This document shows positions 38,380 through 48,935 of a stretch of 64,000 bases of DNA, piece by piece. The notes below the pieces were generated by a model that saw nothing but the letters and a program-made list of their open reading frames with translations, did not search any database and had not been told where the DNA came from. The DNA comes from Minisyncoccia bacterium (lineage in GTDB: Bacteria > Patescibacteriota > Minisyncoccia > UBA6257 > JAAZHW01), in contig JBNASH010000035.1 in the NCBI GenBank assembly GCA_049720475.1, positions 84,015 to 148,014 on the forward strand, read 5' to 3'. The position numbers were made by a program, and so were the translations under genes. Each line of letters opens with the position of its first letter. Position 1 is the stretch's first letter.

Positions 38380-39249
38380 CTAAGCCAAGGACTTTATTTT
38401 TTGATCAAAAAAATCCAAAATCTCTCTGAAATTATGCTCATCTAAATGTTTAAAGGTGTTTATTTTTTTCTCTACTTCTTCTCTGCTCATAAAAAAATCC
38501 TTATTGTTTGCTTTCCCATTTTTTATTAATTCTAAAAGCTCTCTAAATTTAGCTTGGATTTGATGAGCTAAAGAAACATCAATACTTTTTTCAGTAATTA
38601 TCCAGCCAATCTCTTCAAAATGGAAAATTCGATTTTCATCAATCCGAAAATTTTGACCATCATAAGCAACTAAAGAATGGGGTGGTATAGAAGCAGATGA
38701 AGATAAACGAACACCAGGCTCAATATATACTTCATTTGCTATTTCACAAGGAGCAACAATTGTTACATTAGCACCAATAAAACACCTGTCTCCAATTTTT
38801 GTTTTTGAATCATTATAACCATTATTAGCAGCAATCACTACATGAGGCTGAAAAACGGTTTTTTCACCAACAAAAGCATCTTCCAAATAACAACCGGCAT
38901 TAATGTTTGTTTCGTCTTCAATAAAACTAGAAAAAACAAAACTATGATGCTTAATTTTGACGCATTTGCCAAACTTACTCAGCAATAATGTTGAATAATA
39001 AACAATCATTTCCTCTTTAGCTTCAATATCGCGCAGTTGGGAATGAATAATCAAACTTTCTGCGCCAATTTTAACGTTTCTCAAATGAGAGAAAAAAATT
39101 CGACAATCGGAAGAAATATTAATATCTTCTTCTAAATGACTTGGTGGCAAAATAACTGAATGAGGACCAATAACACAATTAATCTCTGGCAAACAAAAAG
39201 GAACATTTTTGGTTTGAATAATATCATCCACATAGTAAAATGCACTCAT
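38380..39249 (-). CDS. Hexapeptide-repeat (left-handed beta-helix) protein resembling the GlmU C-terminal domain
   Basis: KTKIGDRCFIGANVTIVAPCEI and upstream hexapeptide repeats; AGGAGG SD and its own promoter. Confidence 0.7.
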   Translation of the reverse strand: MSAFYYVDDIIQTKNVPFCLPEINCVIGPHSVILPPSHLEEDINISSDCRIFFSHLRNVKIGAESLIIHSQLRDIEAKEEMIVYYSTLLLSKFGKCVKIKHHSFVFSSFIEDETNINAGCYLEDAFVGEKTVFQPHVVIAANNGYNDSKTKIGDRCFIGANVTIVAPCEIANEVYIEPGVRLSSSASIPPHSLVAYDGQNFRIDENRIFHFEEIGWIITEKSIDVSLAHQIQAKFRELLELIKNGKANNKDFFMSREEVEKKINTFKHLDEHNFREILDFFDQKIKSLA

Positions 39250-39355
39250 GCCATCCTCCTTTCATTTTTTAATTTTCTATTAGCAGTTTAGAATTTTAAA
39301 AAAATAAGTCAAGAAAAGAATTCGCTCAGTGTGCAATTTTTATATTTTAACTTTT

Positions 39356-42300
39356 TTATTCGCTTTCTTTTTTATAAACCACCAGATTTAAATCATTGTC
39401 ATTCTTCAATTGCCAACCATTTCCATTCGGCAAATAAATTTTTGAACCCATAATATCCGGATGTACTTTGTAATTAACTGAACAATTAGCAGTATTTGTA
39501 TCAACCTCAGAAAAATCAAGCTTTAAAGCATAATAATGATTTTTCTCCAAATAAACCGGTTGATCAAAGCGCCAACTTAATATACCAAAATAACCATCCC
39601 AACTATAAGTAATTGCTGGGTCAATCGAATTACCTAACAATGGCCCCAGATTTCCATTAACTTGATTGGGTGAAATGGCATAGATCTGCGCTTTGATTGG
39701 AAAAGCGCAATAATGATAGTATGCTGGCAATTCTATTCTATCAACATAACCGCTCTTATTGGCAATAAAACTGGAAAAAATAACTCGCGGACCATACATT
39801 GTTGAAGCCCATTCAACGGCATTTGTCTCAATAACATTTTTTGGATCTAAAGAATACAAAACATTTTCAGGGTAATCACTTTGCTCGGCATCAACATAAA
39901 AATCAGAATTATTCTTATCACCAAAATAATACCACTCAGAAGTATAACCTGCTAAATCAATTGCCCGCGCTCGCCAGTGATAAGCATTGTCTTCTAAATT
40001 AGAAACTAAAACGGTAGCAACATCACCTGAATAAACAAAATTACTTTCAAAAAGATGGGGATCATTTTGAGCAATATTATTATCAAAATCTTCATTTCGC
40101 GGTCTCACTTCAATCTGCAATTTCACCGGCCAATCAGTATAATTAAAAACTCTGGCCGAAAAACTTACCTCAGGATTATAAATCGTCTCACCTTCTAATA
40201 AATCGTCTCCAGTTACTTTCTGAGATAATTCAGCAATTCTATTTTTATATCCCGTAAAAGAAAAAATTGTTTTATCACTTCCCCAAACTTCCCTGCTTTC
40301 TCCTGGGAAATAAGCCCAACAATTTCCATTAGGCGCATTATCAATATAAAATTGCGCTAAATATTGATGGTTTTTTCTTAAAACAATTGCCCCATCTACA
40401 AATTCCCAGCTGAAATAACCTGGTGTCCAATAAGATTTTAACTCAACCGCATTGCGAGAAACCCCTAATTCTTTTTGGTTATCATTTTCCATTTCAAAAA
40501 TTTTAACTTTAACTGACAAAGCACAGTTGAGACTTTTAGCCGCCGCCACCACATTTTTTAAGTATCCGCTTTCATCGGCCGTAAAAATTATTGAAAAGTT
40601 ACCTAGTCCATAATTATTTGCTAATTGAAAATCGGAATAATCTGACGAATTAGTAAATAAATAAAAATTAACTGGCTCAGAAATAACAATTTCTTTGGGT
40701 TGAACAATTTTAATAATAGCTGGCTTTTCTTTTTTCATTCCATCTTTATCTTTTAACACAATACCGACATAATATTCTTCAGCCGAATAAGGATTAAGAG
40801 TGATCTCAAAATTATTATTTTGGAAATCAAAATTTTTATTTAGAATCTCGGCTTTGGTTATATTAGAAACACTAAAATTTTTTAAATCTTCCTCAAGCAA
40901 ACTATAATAAACTTCCAAATCAGAAAAAGTTAGTAATTGTTCTGCTGGCAAAATAGAAAATGATAAGCGAATTTGACCGGCATTATCAAATATATATTTT
41001 AAATTTGATACTTCCAAAGCCTGGCGTGGTTCCGGTAAACTTAATGAGTTTTGCGGTTGAGGATCGCGCACAATAAAATCAGTCATTGAATCGCTATCAT
41101 AACCATTGCCCATAAATTGATCCATACCAATTGTCATTGATTCAACCGTTGAATCTTCTTCTGCTTTTCTTTCTAAACTACTACCTTCTGGACAAGAATT
41201 TTTTGAATAACTAATTTCATCAATGATATTTTTTTCATTATCAATTAAAAAGATATGGTAACTATTATCGAGTGTTGGATTGGGCAATGAATATGATAAC
41301 CTTAAAATATCAGCTTGAACATTGTTGTAATTTAAAGCATCATAACTATTAAAACCAATTAGCAAAAATCCGTGGGCTTTAATAATATTTAAATCATTTT
41401 TGCCAATTTTCAGTAAGGAAGTAGTAGTGGTACTGTTATCTTTTGCTAATTGCAATGACCAATCAATTAAATTAATATCGATATCATTAGGGTTGTATAA
41501 TTCAATGAATTCTTTACCCACATCGGTACCTTTAGCATCATAAAGAATTTCTGAAATCAAAATTTTTGGTTTTTGCGGGTTGGGAGTAGTATCAGGAAGA
41601 GTTAGAACAACAGGGCTATTTTCTGATTTAGGTGTTCCCAAAATGCCATTATTTTCTTCACCAGAATAAGTATGCCAATTTAAATCATCGCCTCTTTCCA
41701 TTGATCTCTTTGTGATTTTATCACCAGCCGGCCAATTTCCGTTTTCATCAGTTTTTGCTTCATCAATTAAATTACAATTGGAATCAAAAAGTTTTAAAGA
41801 CTCGTTGGTATCATTAATTGAACCAGTAAAAATTAAATCAGCTGCAATATTTGGTACGGCTTCATCATTTGTTCTTTCTAAAAGCAACGGTTCATTTGGC
41901 GCTAAAATTTTTTCTGGAAAAATAATTTTGATCTGGCCATCTTGATCTAATAATTGCCAATTTTTTAAATTGATCGTTTCAGTGGAAATATTTTTTAATT
42001 CAATCCACTCGTCAGCAGAAGAATGAGAGGTGCCCATCCAAGCAATTTCATTAATAATAACCTTTGGATTGTCAGAAATAATTGTGGTTGAAGTAGCGCA
42101 ATAAACGATCGGTGTTGGCGTTGGAGTTGGTGCGGGCGTAGAAGAAGTAGAACCGCTATAATAAATTTCTGGCGTTGAAGAGGGTGTTGGAGTAATTAAG
42201 GGTGTCAGATTAGTGGAGGGGGTGGGCGAAAAACTAGGAAGTGGAGAAGGGGTTAAAAATGGCGTTGAAGAAGGAGTTGGCGATGGCGAAAGTGTTGGTG

Positions 42301-43558
42301 TCAAACTCGGACTAGGACTAAAAATTATTTCTTGAGATAATTCTAACAACGGCGTGGCGGAAGGCAAAATAGAAACCTCATGAGATTGTTCAATTGTTTG
42401 GGATTGATTAATTGCTAAAGGCAAAGCTGATGGTGTTGATTCAATGGCAACTTCTTGTTTTTTCTCTTCGTCCATTAAACCCAGCGCTCTTTTAATATTT
42501 TCAATTGTTGTGGCGATTAAAGTTTTTCTCATTCGTGATAAAAAGTTTTGATCATTTTTATATTTTTCCACCTCTTGAAAAAATAAATTCAAAACACCAG
42601 CTCCTGATAAAACTGCTTTTTTAGATAGGTGAGACCAATAATCAGAATAAATAAGTGGATCGTCAATGGTAATATTTTGTGACAATGCTAAAAAAACACT
42701 GCCGGCTCCTGCTTTTTTAACTAAAAAATATTTACCCATATCATCTTCGTTAATTGAATACCAATAAATTTCCTTCTTTTCAACTTCTAAATAATTCCAC
42801 TCGGGCTGTTTATAGCCACTCTGAACACCAATCGTATCCTGACTATAAAAATGCGTATTAGTATAGAAAGCTAAATCATTAAAATAATCATTTAAATTAT
42901 TAAATACCAAGGGTTTTTTATTTTTTAATTGAGAAGCGACATCAATATTTTCTGGTGTAAATTGCGCCGCATATTTTTCATAACCATCACCAGTTAAATG
43001 ATGATCATTTCTAGTATGAGCTGGCACAGCCATATCTTCCAAAAGATGCAAAACATGGCCCAAATCAATAAAAGCTTCTTTTTTATTGCCAAGAATATAA
43101 TTATAAACGGCCTTTTCCCAAGTATGAACGGCTAAAATATCAACAGCACTTTTAGTTAATTGAGCAACAGGATTAAGCGCAGCATTACGATAAGCTTCTC
43201 CTAAAAAAGTTGCCTGAGCATAAGAATTCTGAGCCCAATCTTTAGCGGTTAAAATAAGGGGTTTTAAAATAGTTAAAAATGGTGTTAAAGCACCTGCATT
43301 AATCTCTCCAGATAATCCCCTTTGATAAATTGGATCATAAAAATGATTCAAAGTTCTCGCCAATGGATCATCTTCTTTAATGCTTCCCTCTATTAACCAT
43401 TGTTTTTCTTGTTCATTAATGCGAAATTGGGCGAAGTTATTGTAAAATTTAACAATTTCTGAAGTTAAAGCGGGGTGAGTTGTTAAATTATCGTAAGCCA
43501 ATAATTTAAAAGGCAAAATTAATAAAAATAAAATAATCAAAAATCTCTTTTTAAACAT
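39356..43558 (-). CDS. Large secreted protein: Zn-dependent phospholipase C/S1-P1 nuclease-like domain, PT-rich linker, two lamin-tail-like domains, beta-sandwich domains
   Basis: Signal peptide; A|YD...H, EDD, NHF, GH..HL.ED...PAH, DHH, YE; two INEI/ISEI...EW/FIEL.N...I.L..W.L domains. Confidence 0.8.
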   Translation of the reverse strand: MFKKRFLIILFLLILPFKLLAYDNLTTHPALTSEIVKFYNNFAQFRINEQEKQWLIEGSIKEDDPLARTLNHFYDPIYQRGLSGEINAGALTPFLTILKPLILTAKDWAQNSYAQATFLGEAYRNAALNPVAQLTKSAVDILAVHTWEKAVYNYILGNKKEAFIDLGHVLHLLEDMAVPAHTRNDHHLTGDGYEKYAAQFTPENIDVASQLKNKKPLVFNNLNDYFNDLAFYTNTHFYSQDTIGVQSGYKQPEWNYLEVEKKEIYWYSINEDDMGKYFLVKKAGAGSVFLALSQNITIDDPLIYSDYWSHLSKKAVLSGAGVLNLFFQEVEKYKNDQNFLSRMRKTLIATTIENIKRALGLMDEEKKQEVAIESTPSALPLAINQSQTIEQSHEVSILPSATPLLELSQEIIFSPSPSLTPTLSPSPTPSSTPFLTPSPLPSFSPTPSTNLTPLITPTPSSTPEIYYSGSTSSTPAPTPTPTPIVYCATSTTIISDNPKVIINEIAWMGTSHSSADEWIELKNISTETINLKNWQLLDQDGQIKIIFPEKILAPNEPLLLERTNDEAVPNIAADLIFTGSINDTNESLKLFDSNCNLIDEAKTDENGNWPAGDKITKRSMERGDDLNWHTYSGEENNGILGTPKSENSPVVLTLPDTTPNPQKPKILISEILYDAKGTDVGKEFIELYNPNDIDINLIDWSLQLAKDNSTTTTSLLKIGKNDLNIIKAHGFLLIGFNSYDALNYNNVQADILRLSYSLPNPTLDNSYHIFLIDNEKNIIDEISYSKNSCPEGSSLERKAEEDSTVESMTIGMDQFMGNGYDSDSMTDFIVRDPQPQNSLSLPEPRQALEVSNLKYIFDNAGQIRLSFSILPAEQLLTFSDLEVYYSLLEEDLKNFSVSNITKAEILNKNFDFQNNNFEITLNPYSAEEYYVGIVLKDKDGMKKEKPAIIKIVQPKEIVISEPVNFYLFTNSSDYSDFQLANNYGLGNFSIIFTADESGYLKNVVAAAKSLNCALSVKVKIFEMENDNQKELGVSRNAVELKSYWTPGYFSWEFVDGAIVLRKNHQYLAQFYIDNAPNGNCWAYFPGESREVWGSDKTIFSFTGYKNRIAELSQKVTGDDLLEGETIYNPEVSFSARVFNYTDWPVKLQIEVRPRNEDFDNNIAQNDPHLFESNFVYSGDVATVLVSNLEDNAYHWRARAIDLAGYTSEWYYFGDKNNSDFYVDAEQSDYPENVLYSLDPKNVIETNAVEWASTMYGPRVIFSSFIANKSGYVDRIELPAYYHYCAFPIKAQIYAISPNQVNGNLGPLLGNSIDPAITYSWDGYFGILSWRFDQPVYLEKNHYYALKLDFSEVDTNTANCSVNYKVHPDIMGSKIYLPNGNGWQLKNDNDLNLVVYKKESE

Positions 43559-43592
43559 GTTTAAAAAGTTAAAAAACGACTTTGATTATTTT

Positions 43593-44159
43593 TTACATAC
43601 TTTTTATTTTCCAAACACCGGAATATTCATTTAATTCCATTTGCATAATATAATCTGCCATTCCGTCTTTGCCCATAATCACAAATTCATAGGTTGTTGT
43701 TAGTGGAGATTGAATGGGAGAAGGTTTGAATTGCTTAGTTAAATTAATTAATTCTTGTAATTTCCCCTTTTCTACCTGTATTTTTAATGCATCTTCCCAT
43801 TTTTTTCTACTTTGATTCTCATCCATCGCAAAATATTTAGCGGCTAAATCAATGTCGCCTTTTTCTAAAGCTTCAATAAACATATTTAAAGTTTCTTGAG
43901 GTGTTTTGCCACCATAAGTATCTTCGCGAAAAACTTGATAATATTGCTCCAATCCTTTATAAAACTGTTCCGTCGCTTTGCGTACCCGATACATATCAAT
44001 CACCATCTGCACTCTTTCTTTTAAAATAGAAAAGCCGCCGCCAATGCCAAATAAAACAAAAATAACAACCGCCAAAACACTTATTACTATTAACAATAGA
44101 TGTTTTCGTTTTGATTTTTGATTTGGTAAAGGCGGTGTGGTTGGAATTGGTTGATTCAT
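43593..44159 (-). CDS. Membrane-anchored protein with probable NTF2/DUF4878-like fold
   Basis: One TM helix, DTYGGKTPQETLNMFIEALEKGDIDLAAKYF, C-terminal GVWKI. Confidence 0.75.
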   Translation of the reverse strand: MNQPIPTTPPLPNQKSKRKHLLLIVISVLAVVIFVLFGIGGGFSILKERVQMVIDMYRVRKATEQFYKGLEQYYQVFREDTYGGKTPQETLNMFIEALEKGDIDLAAKYFAMDENQSRKKWEDALKIQVEKGKLQELINLTKQFKPSPIQSPLTTTYEFVIMGKDGMADYIMQMELNEYSGVWKIKSM

Positions 44160-44232
44160 TTTCGTTTAATTTTTTACGCGACTAATGTTTATCTTCAAAT
44201 TAAATTCAATGAACCAACTTTAAAAACAATTT

Positions 44233-46668
44233 TTACACCACAAAATTAATTAAACGATTGGGAACAAAAATAATTTTTTTAATTTTAGAATTCTTTAAAA
44301 GGTCGCCAATTTTAGGATGAGCCAAAACAATTTTTTCTGCTTCTTTTTGAGGGATATTAAAAGGCGCACTAATTTTAATTTTTAATTTTCCATTAATTTG
44401 GACGAGTAATTCAAATTGTTTTTGTTGCAAATATTTCTCTTCAAATTTCGGCCATTTTTCTTCGTGAATAGATTTTTTATGTCCTAATAATTGCCAAATT
44501 TCTTCAGCCAGAAAAGGAGCAAAAGGCGCTAAAAGTTTTGCGTATGTCTCAAGATGCTTTTTCGCAATTTTAATATTTTTCTCTTGCATTTTATTAAGGC
44601 ATTCCATTAAAGCGCTAATGGCTGTGTTATAACGCAAATCCTCAATATCATCGGTCACTTTCTTAATTGTCCGATGTATTATCGCTTCAATCTCACTATC
44701 ATTTTTTTCTTTTTCTTTCCAACGCAACTGATTTTGATAAAAATTCCAAATACGATTAACAAATCGGAAAATACCGTTGATACCATCAGGATTCCACGGC
44801 TTCATATCTTCGAGTGGTCCCATAAACATAATATACATTCTTAAAGTATCAGCGCCATATTGTTTTACAATATCATCAGGATTAACAACATTGCCAAAAG
44901 ATTTTGACATTTTTCTATTATCAGCGCCCAAAATAATACCTTGATTAACAAGTTTTTTAAATGGCTCTGGCGTTGAAACCAAACCTAAATCATAAAGAAA
45001 CTTGTGCCAAAAACGAGCATAAAGCAAATGAAGAACAGCGTGTTCTTTGCCGCCAATATATAAATCAACTGGCATCCATTTTTTCTCTTTCTTCAAATCA
45101 ACAAATTTTTTGGAATTTTTTGGATCAATATACCGCAAATAATACCAACATGAACCCGCCCATTGCGGCATTGTATTAGTTTCTCTTTTTGCCGGCCCGC
45201 CACATTTTGGACATTTTGTATTAATCCAACTTTCAATAGCTGCTAAAGGCGACTCACCAGTACCAGTGGGTTCATATGACTTAACTTTCGGCAAAGTTAA
45301 AGGTAGATCTTTTTCTGAAAGAGGAATAACGCCACATTTTGGACAGTGAACAATTGGGATTGGCTCGCCCCAATATCTCTGACGCGAAAAAATCCAATCA
45401 CGCATTTTATAATTCGTCACCTTTTTGGCACCAACATAATTAGCAATTTTTTCTTGAGCGCTTCGATTATCTAAACCATCAAATGGCCCTGAATTAATAA
45501 GATAGCCATCGCCTGTATAAGCATTTTCCAAATAATGTTCTTTGCCATCAGGACTAATAACTTCTATAATATCGAGTTTAAATTTCTTGGCGAATTCGAA
45601 ATCTCTTTCATCATGCGCCGGCACAGCCATAATTGCTCCCGTGCCATAATGAATTAAAACGTAATCGGAAATCCAAACTGGGATTAATTTTTGATTTGTT
45701 GGATTAACCGCCCAAACACCTTTTAATTGAACACCGGTTTTAGTTTTTGCCAAATCCGTTCGTTCTAATTCTGATTTTTGAATTGCTTCTTCAATATATT
45801 TCTCAACTTCGTAAATATTTTCAATATAATTTTTTAATTCATTAATTATCGAATGTTCAGGGGCTACCACTAAATAAGTTGCGCCAAATAAAGTATCAAT
45901 GCGAGTGGTAAAAACTTCAATTTCTCCAATTTTATAATTATTGTTATCTTTTAAAGTAAATTTAATTTGATGGCCAACGGATTTCCCTATCCAATTTTTT
46001 TGCATTTCTTTAATATCCTCCGGCCAATCAAGCAAAGGCAAATCCTTCAATAATTTCTCGGCATAAGCAGTAATTTTGAGCCACCATTGACGAAGCATTT
46101 TTCTTTGAACAGGCGTGCCACAACGATCACAATTCCCTTCAACTGTCACTTCTTCATTTGCTAAACCCGTCTTACAAGAAGGACAGAAATTAATCGGCGC
46201 TTCTTTTTCATAAGCCAAACCCTTCTCAAAAAGTTTCAAAAATATCCATTGGGTCCATTTGTAATATTTGGGATCAGTTGTATTAATCTCGCGCTTCCAA
46301 TCATAAGCAAATCCCATTCTTAATAATTGTTTTTTAAAAACATTAATATTTTTTGCGACAATTTCTGCCGGATGTTTTTTAACTTTAATTGCATAATTTT
46401 CAGCCGGCAAACCAAAGGCATCCCATCCCATCGGATGAAGCACATCATAACCCTGCATTTTTTTATAACGTGCATAAATATCGCTGGCTGTATAATTTTC
46501 AACATGCCCCAAATGCAATCCCTGACCCGAAGGATATGGGAACATATCTAAAATATAAAATTTCTTTTTGGGTGAGTCGCCAACTTGATATGTTTTAAAA
46601 TTATTTCTCTCCCATTTTTTTAACCATTTATTCTCAATTTTTTGAAAGGGGTATTTAAAAACTTTCAT
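44233..46668 (-). CDS. leuS: Leucine--tRNA ligase
   Basis: MFPYPSG, HLGH (HIGH), TTR.DT editing domain, KMSKS, VQINGK. Confidence 0.98.
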   Translation of the reverse strand: MKVFKYPFQKIENKWLKKWERNNFKTYQVGDSPKKKFYILDMFPYPSGQGLHLGHVENYTASDIYARYKKMQGYDVLHPMGWDAFGLPAENYAIKVKKHPAEIVAKNINVFKKQLLRMGFAYDWKREINTTDPKYYKWTQWIFLKLFEKGLAYEKEAPINFCPSCKTGLANEEVTVEGNCDRCGTPVQRKMLRQWWLKITAYAEKLLKDLPLLDWPEDIKEMQKNWIGKSVGHQIKFTLKDNNNYKIGEIEVFTTRIDTLFGATYLVVAPEHSIINELKNYIENIYEVEKYIEEAIQKSELERTDLAKTKTGVQLKGVWAVNPTNQKLIPVWISDYVLIHYGTGAIMAVPAHDERDFEFAKKFKLDIIEVISPDGKEHYLENAYTGDGYLINSGPFDGLDNRSAQEKIANYVGAKKVTNYKMRDWIFSRQRYWGEPIPIVHCPKCGVIPLSEKDLPLTLPKVKSYEPTGTGESPLAAIESWINTKCPKCGGPAKRETNTMPQWAGSCWYYLRYIDPKNSKKFVDLKKEKKWMPVDLYIGGKEHAVLHLLYARFWHKFLYDLGLVSTPEPFKKLVNQGIILGADNRKMSKSFGNVVNPDDIVKQYGADTLRMYIMFMGPLEDMKPWNPDGINGIFRFVNRIWNFYQNQLRWKEKEKNDSEIEAIIHRTIKKVTDDIEDLRYNTAISALMECLNKMQEKNIKIAKKHLETYAKLLAPFAPFLAEEIWQLLGHKKSIHEEKWPKFEEKYLQQKQFELLVQINGKLKIKISAPFNIPQKEAEKIVLAHPKIGDLLKNSKIKKIIFVPNRLINFVV

Positions 46669-46719
46669 AATTAAAAATAAAAGTTTGATAAATGTGACTA
46701 TTATAAAAAAGTATAAAAT

Positions 46720-48303
46720 TTATTGGTAAGAAATCAAGTTGGTTAATAAACTGACACCACTCATTTCTATTGGAATTGGCAAACCCATTAATTCCAAAAT
46801 TGTTGGCGCAATATCACACAATGAACCGGTCGTTGTGCCCTCCATTTCCTTAATTTGTTCTTCGGTTCGGGGTATTTTTAACTTAAATCTTTCATCAACC
46901 AAATAAAATGGCACTGGATTACTATCGTGATGTGTTTCTTTTTCGCCAGTTAAAGGATCATATAATCTTTCGGCATTGCCATGATCAGCGGTTACAATTA
47001 ATGTAGCACCAATTTTTTGAGCTACCTCATAAACTTTGGTTAATTGTTGATTAAGAATTTTTATCGCTTCAACAACGGCATTATAATTGCCCGTATGCGC
47101 AATAGTATCTGGATTAGCATAATTAACAGCAATAAAATCATAAACCCCCTCCATCATGGCCGCAATTAATCTTTCTGTAATTTCCGGCGCGCGCATAGCC
47201 GGATATTCGTCTGGATGCGGTGTTTCTTTCGAAGGAATTAAAACTCTAAATTCATCAGGAAAAACTTTATCTGTTAAACCATTAAAAAAGTAAGTTAGAT
47301 GATAATACTTTTCTGTTTCAGCAATTTTTAATTGTTTTAAATTGTGTTTACTTATTTCGGCAGTTAATGATGTCTCAATTTTTTCCGGATAATATGCAAC
47401 ATCAACATTAAAACTTTTATCATACTGAGTCATTGTCGTAATATGAATATTCAATTTTTTTCTAGGGAAATAGCTGAATTCAGGAAGAATAAAAGCGCTG
47501 CTTAATTGACGGATGCTATCTTCTCGAAAATCAAAAAATATCACACCATCGCCATCTTTAATAATTGGTAAATTTTGATCATCTTCAATAATTAATGTTG
47601 GCTCAATATATGGATCGGTTAATTTTTTCTCATTATAGAAATAATCAAAAACTTCTTGATAGTTTTTTACTTTCCGACCCTCTCCATTAACTAGCAAATT
47701 ATAAACTCGGCTAGTTAAATCCCAATTTTTTGAACGATCCAGCGCATAATAGCGACCGGACAAGCTTCCTAATTTTCCTACGCCAATTTTTTTAGCGTCG
47801 TTTAAAAACCGTTCTACTAATTCTTTGCCTGATTTCGGCCTACTATCACGACCATCAGTAAAGAAATGAAAAATTACCTTCTGCAACTGTTTTTTTGCTG
47901 CCAATTGTAATAAGGCCAAAATATGCTCATAAGCGCTGTGGGCGTGCGATTCTGATAATAACCCCAGACAATGAAGTGTAGAACCATTTTTAAGAACAAA
48001 ATCAAATGTTTTATTTAAAGCTTCATTTTTAAAAAAATTACCATTGCGAATCTCCAAACTAATTCGCGGATAATACTGATAAATAATTTTACCAATCCCC
48101 ATCGTTAAATGGCCAACTTCACTATTGCCTGCTTCCCCCCATGGCAAACCAACAGCAATACCACTTGCCTGCAAAGATGTCGCCGGATAATTATATTTAA
48201 AATTTTCAATAATTTCCGGTTTAACTTTGTAAATGGGATTGGAATCATCTCGAGCTCCAATGCCCCATCCATCCAAAATAATCAAAACTACATTTTTTCT
48301 CAT
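46720..48303 (-). CDS. gpmI: 2,3-bisphosphoglycerate-independent phosphoglycerate mutase
   Basis: ILDGWG, GNSEVGH, DGRD, GRYYA.DR, AETEKY.H.T, TADHGN. Confidence 0.96.
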   Translation of the reverse strand: MRKNVVLIILDGWGIGARDDSNPIYKVKPEIIENFKYNYPATSLQASGIAVGLPWGEAGNSEVGHLTMGIGKIIYQYYPRISLEIRNGNFFKNEALNKTFDFVLKNGSTLHCLGLLSESHAHSAYEHILALLQLAAKKQLQKVIFHFFTDGRDSRPKSGKELVERFLNDAKKIGVGKLGSLSGRYYALDRSKNWDLTSRVYNLLVNGEGRKVKNYQEVFDYFYNEKKLTDPYIEPTLIIEDDQNLPIIKDGDGVIFFDFREDSIRQLSSAFILPEFSYFPRKKLNIHITTMTQYDKSFNVDVAYYPEKIETSLTAEISKHNLKQLKIAETEKYYHLTYFFNGLTDKVFPDEFRVLIPSKETPHPDEYPAMRAPEITERLIAAMMEGVYDFIAVNYANPDTIAHTGNYNAVVEAIKILNQQLTKVYEVAQKIGATLIVTADHGNAERLYDPLTGEKETHHDSNPVPFYLVDERFKLKIPRTEEQIKEMEGTTTGSLCDIAPTILELMGLPIPIEMSGVSLLTNLISYQ

Positions 48304-48306
48304 AAA

Positions 48307-48888
48307 TTATAAATCTGCCATTATCTTATCTGCTTCGGTTAAATTTTGTTTTGCTAAAATTAAATTGTTTTCCATCTCTTGGATTAAACCAGAAGGATTA
48401 ATATTCAGATCAATACCCTTTTTGTCCAACTCCGCTTCATACTCAGCGGCAATACCCTGCTTTAATAAATCCGCATAAGTACAATAATCCTTTAAATTGT
48501 TTAAACTGTTAATTTGATATTGAGCCAATTGCAAAATGATCGCTTTCTTTTCACTGGTTAAACTATCATTGTTTGTTAAAAGTTGTTTCACTTGATCCGA
48601 TAACTTTAGCAATTCATCAGAAATTTTTGGAATATCATTGCTAATCACAATAGCAATATCCAAAGATTCTTTTAATTGTCTCTGATTATATTTTTCCTTT
48701 ATAAGTTGAAGGTTTTTTTGGTTCTTTTCTATTAAATTCAGGAGGTCGCTACTGCCAGTTTTAACTTCATTAACAATCGTCGGCGTACTTTTTTCTGGTT
48801 TATTAATTTTAGAAATAAAAATTATCCCACCTACAACCAGAATAATTAAAACTAATATAATAATTAATAATTTTGTGTTTTTACTCAT
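48307..48888 (-). CDS. Membrane-anchored helical hypothetical protein
   Basis: N-terminal TM followed by helical sequence. Confidence 0.75.
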   Translation of the reverse strand: MSKNTKLLIIILVLIILVVGGIIFISKINKPEKSTPTIVNEVKTGSSDLLNLIEKNQKNLQLIKEKYNQRQLKESLDIAIVISNDIPKISDELLKLSDQVKQLLTNNDSLTSEKKAIILQLAQYQINSLNNLKDYCTYADLLKQGIAAEYEAELDKKGIDLNINPSGLIQEMENNLILAKQNLTEADKIMADL

Positions 48889-48935
48889 AATAATTTTATT
48901 CTAACTTATTTTTAAAAAAAATAAAAGGGGCTAGG

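Noticed and set aside
42100-42440. Tandem repeat or DGR-like variable region
   Set aside because: Low-complexity Pro/Thr/Ser linker coding; no template/variable repeat pair and no reverse transcriptase.
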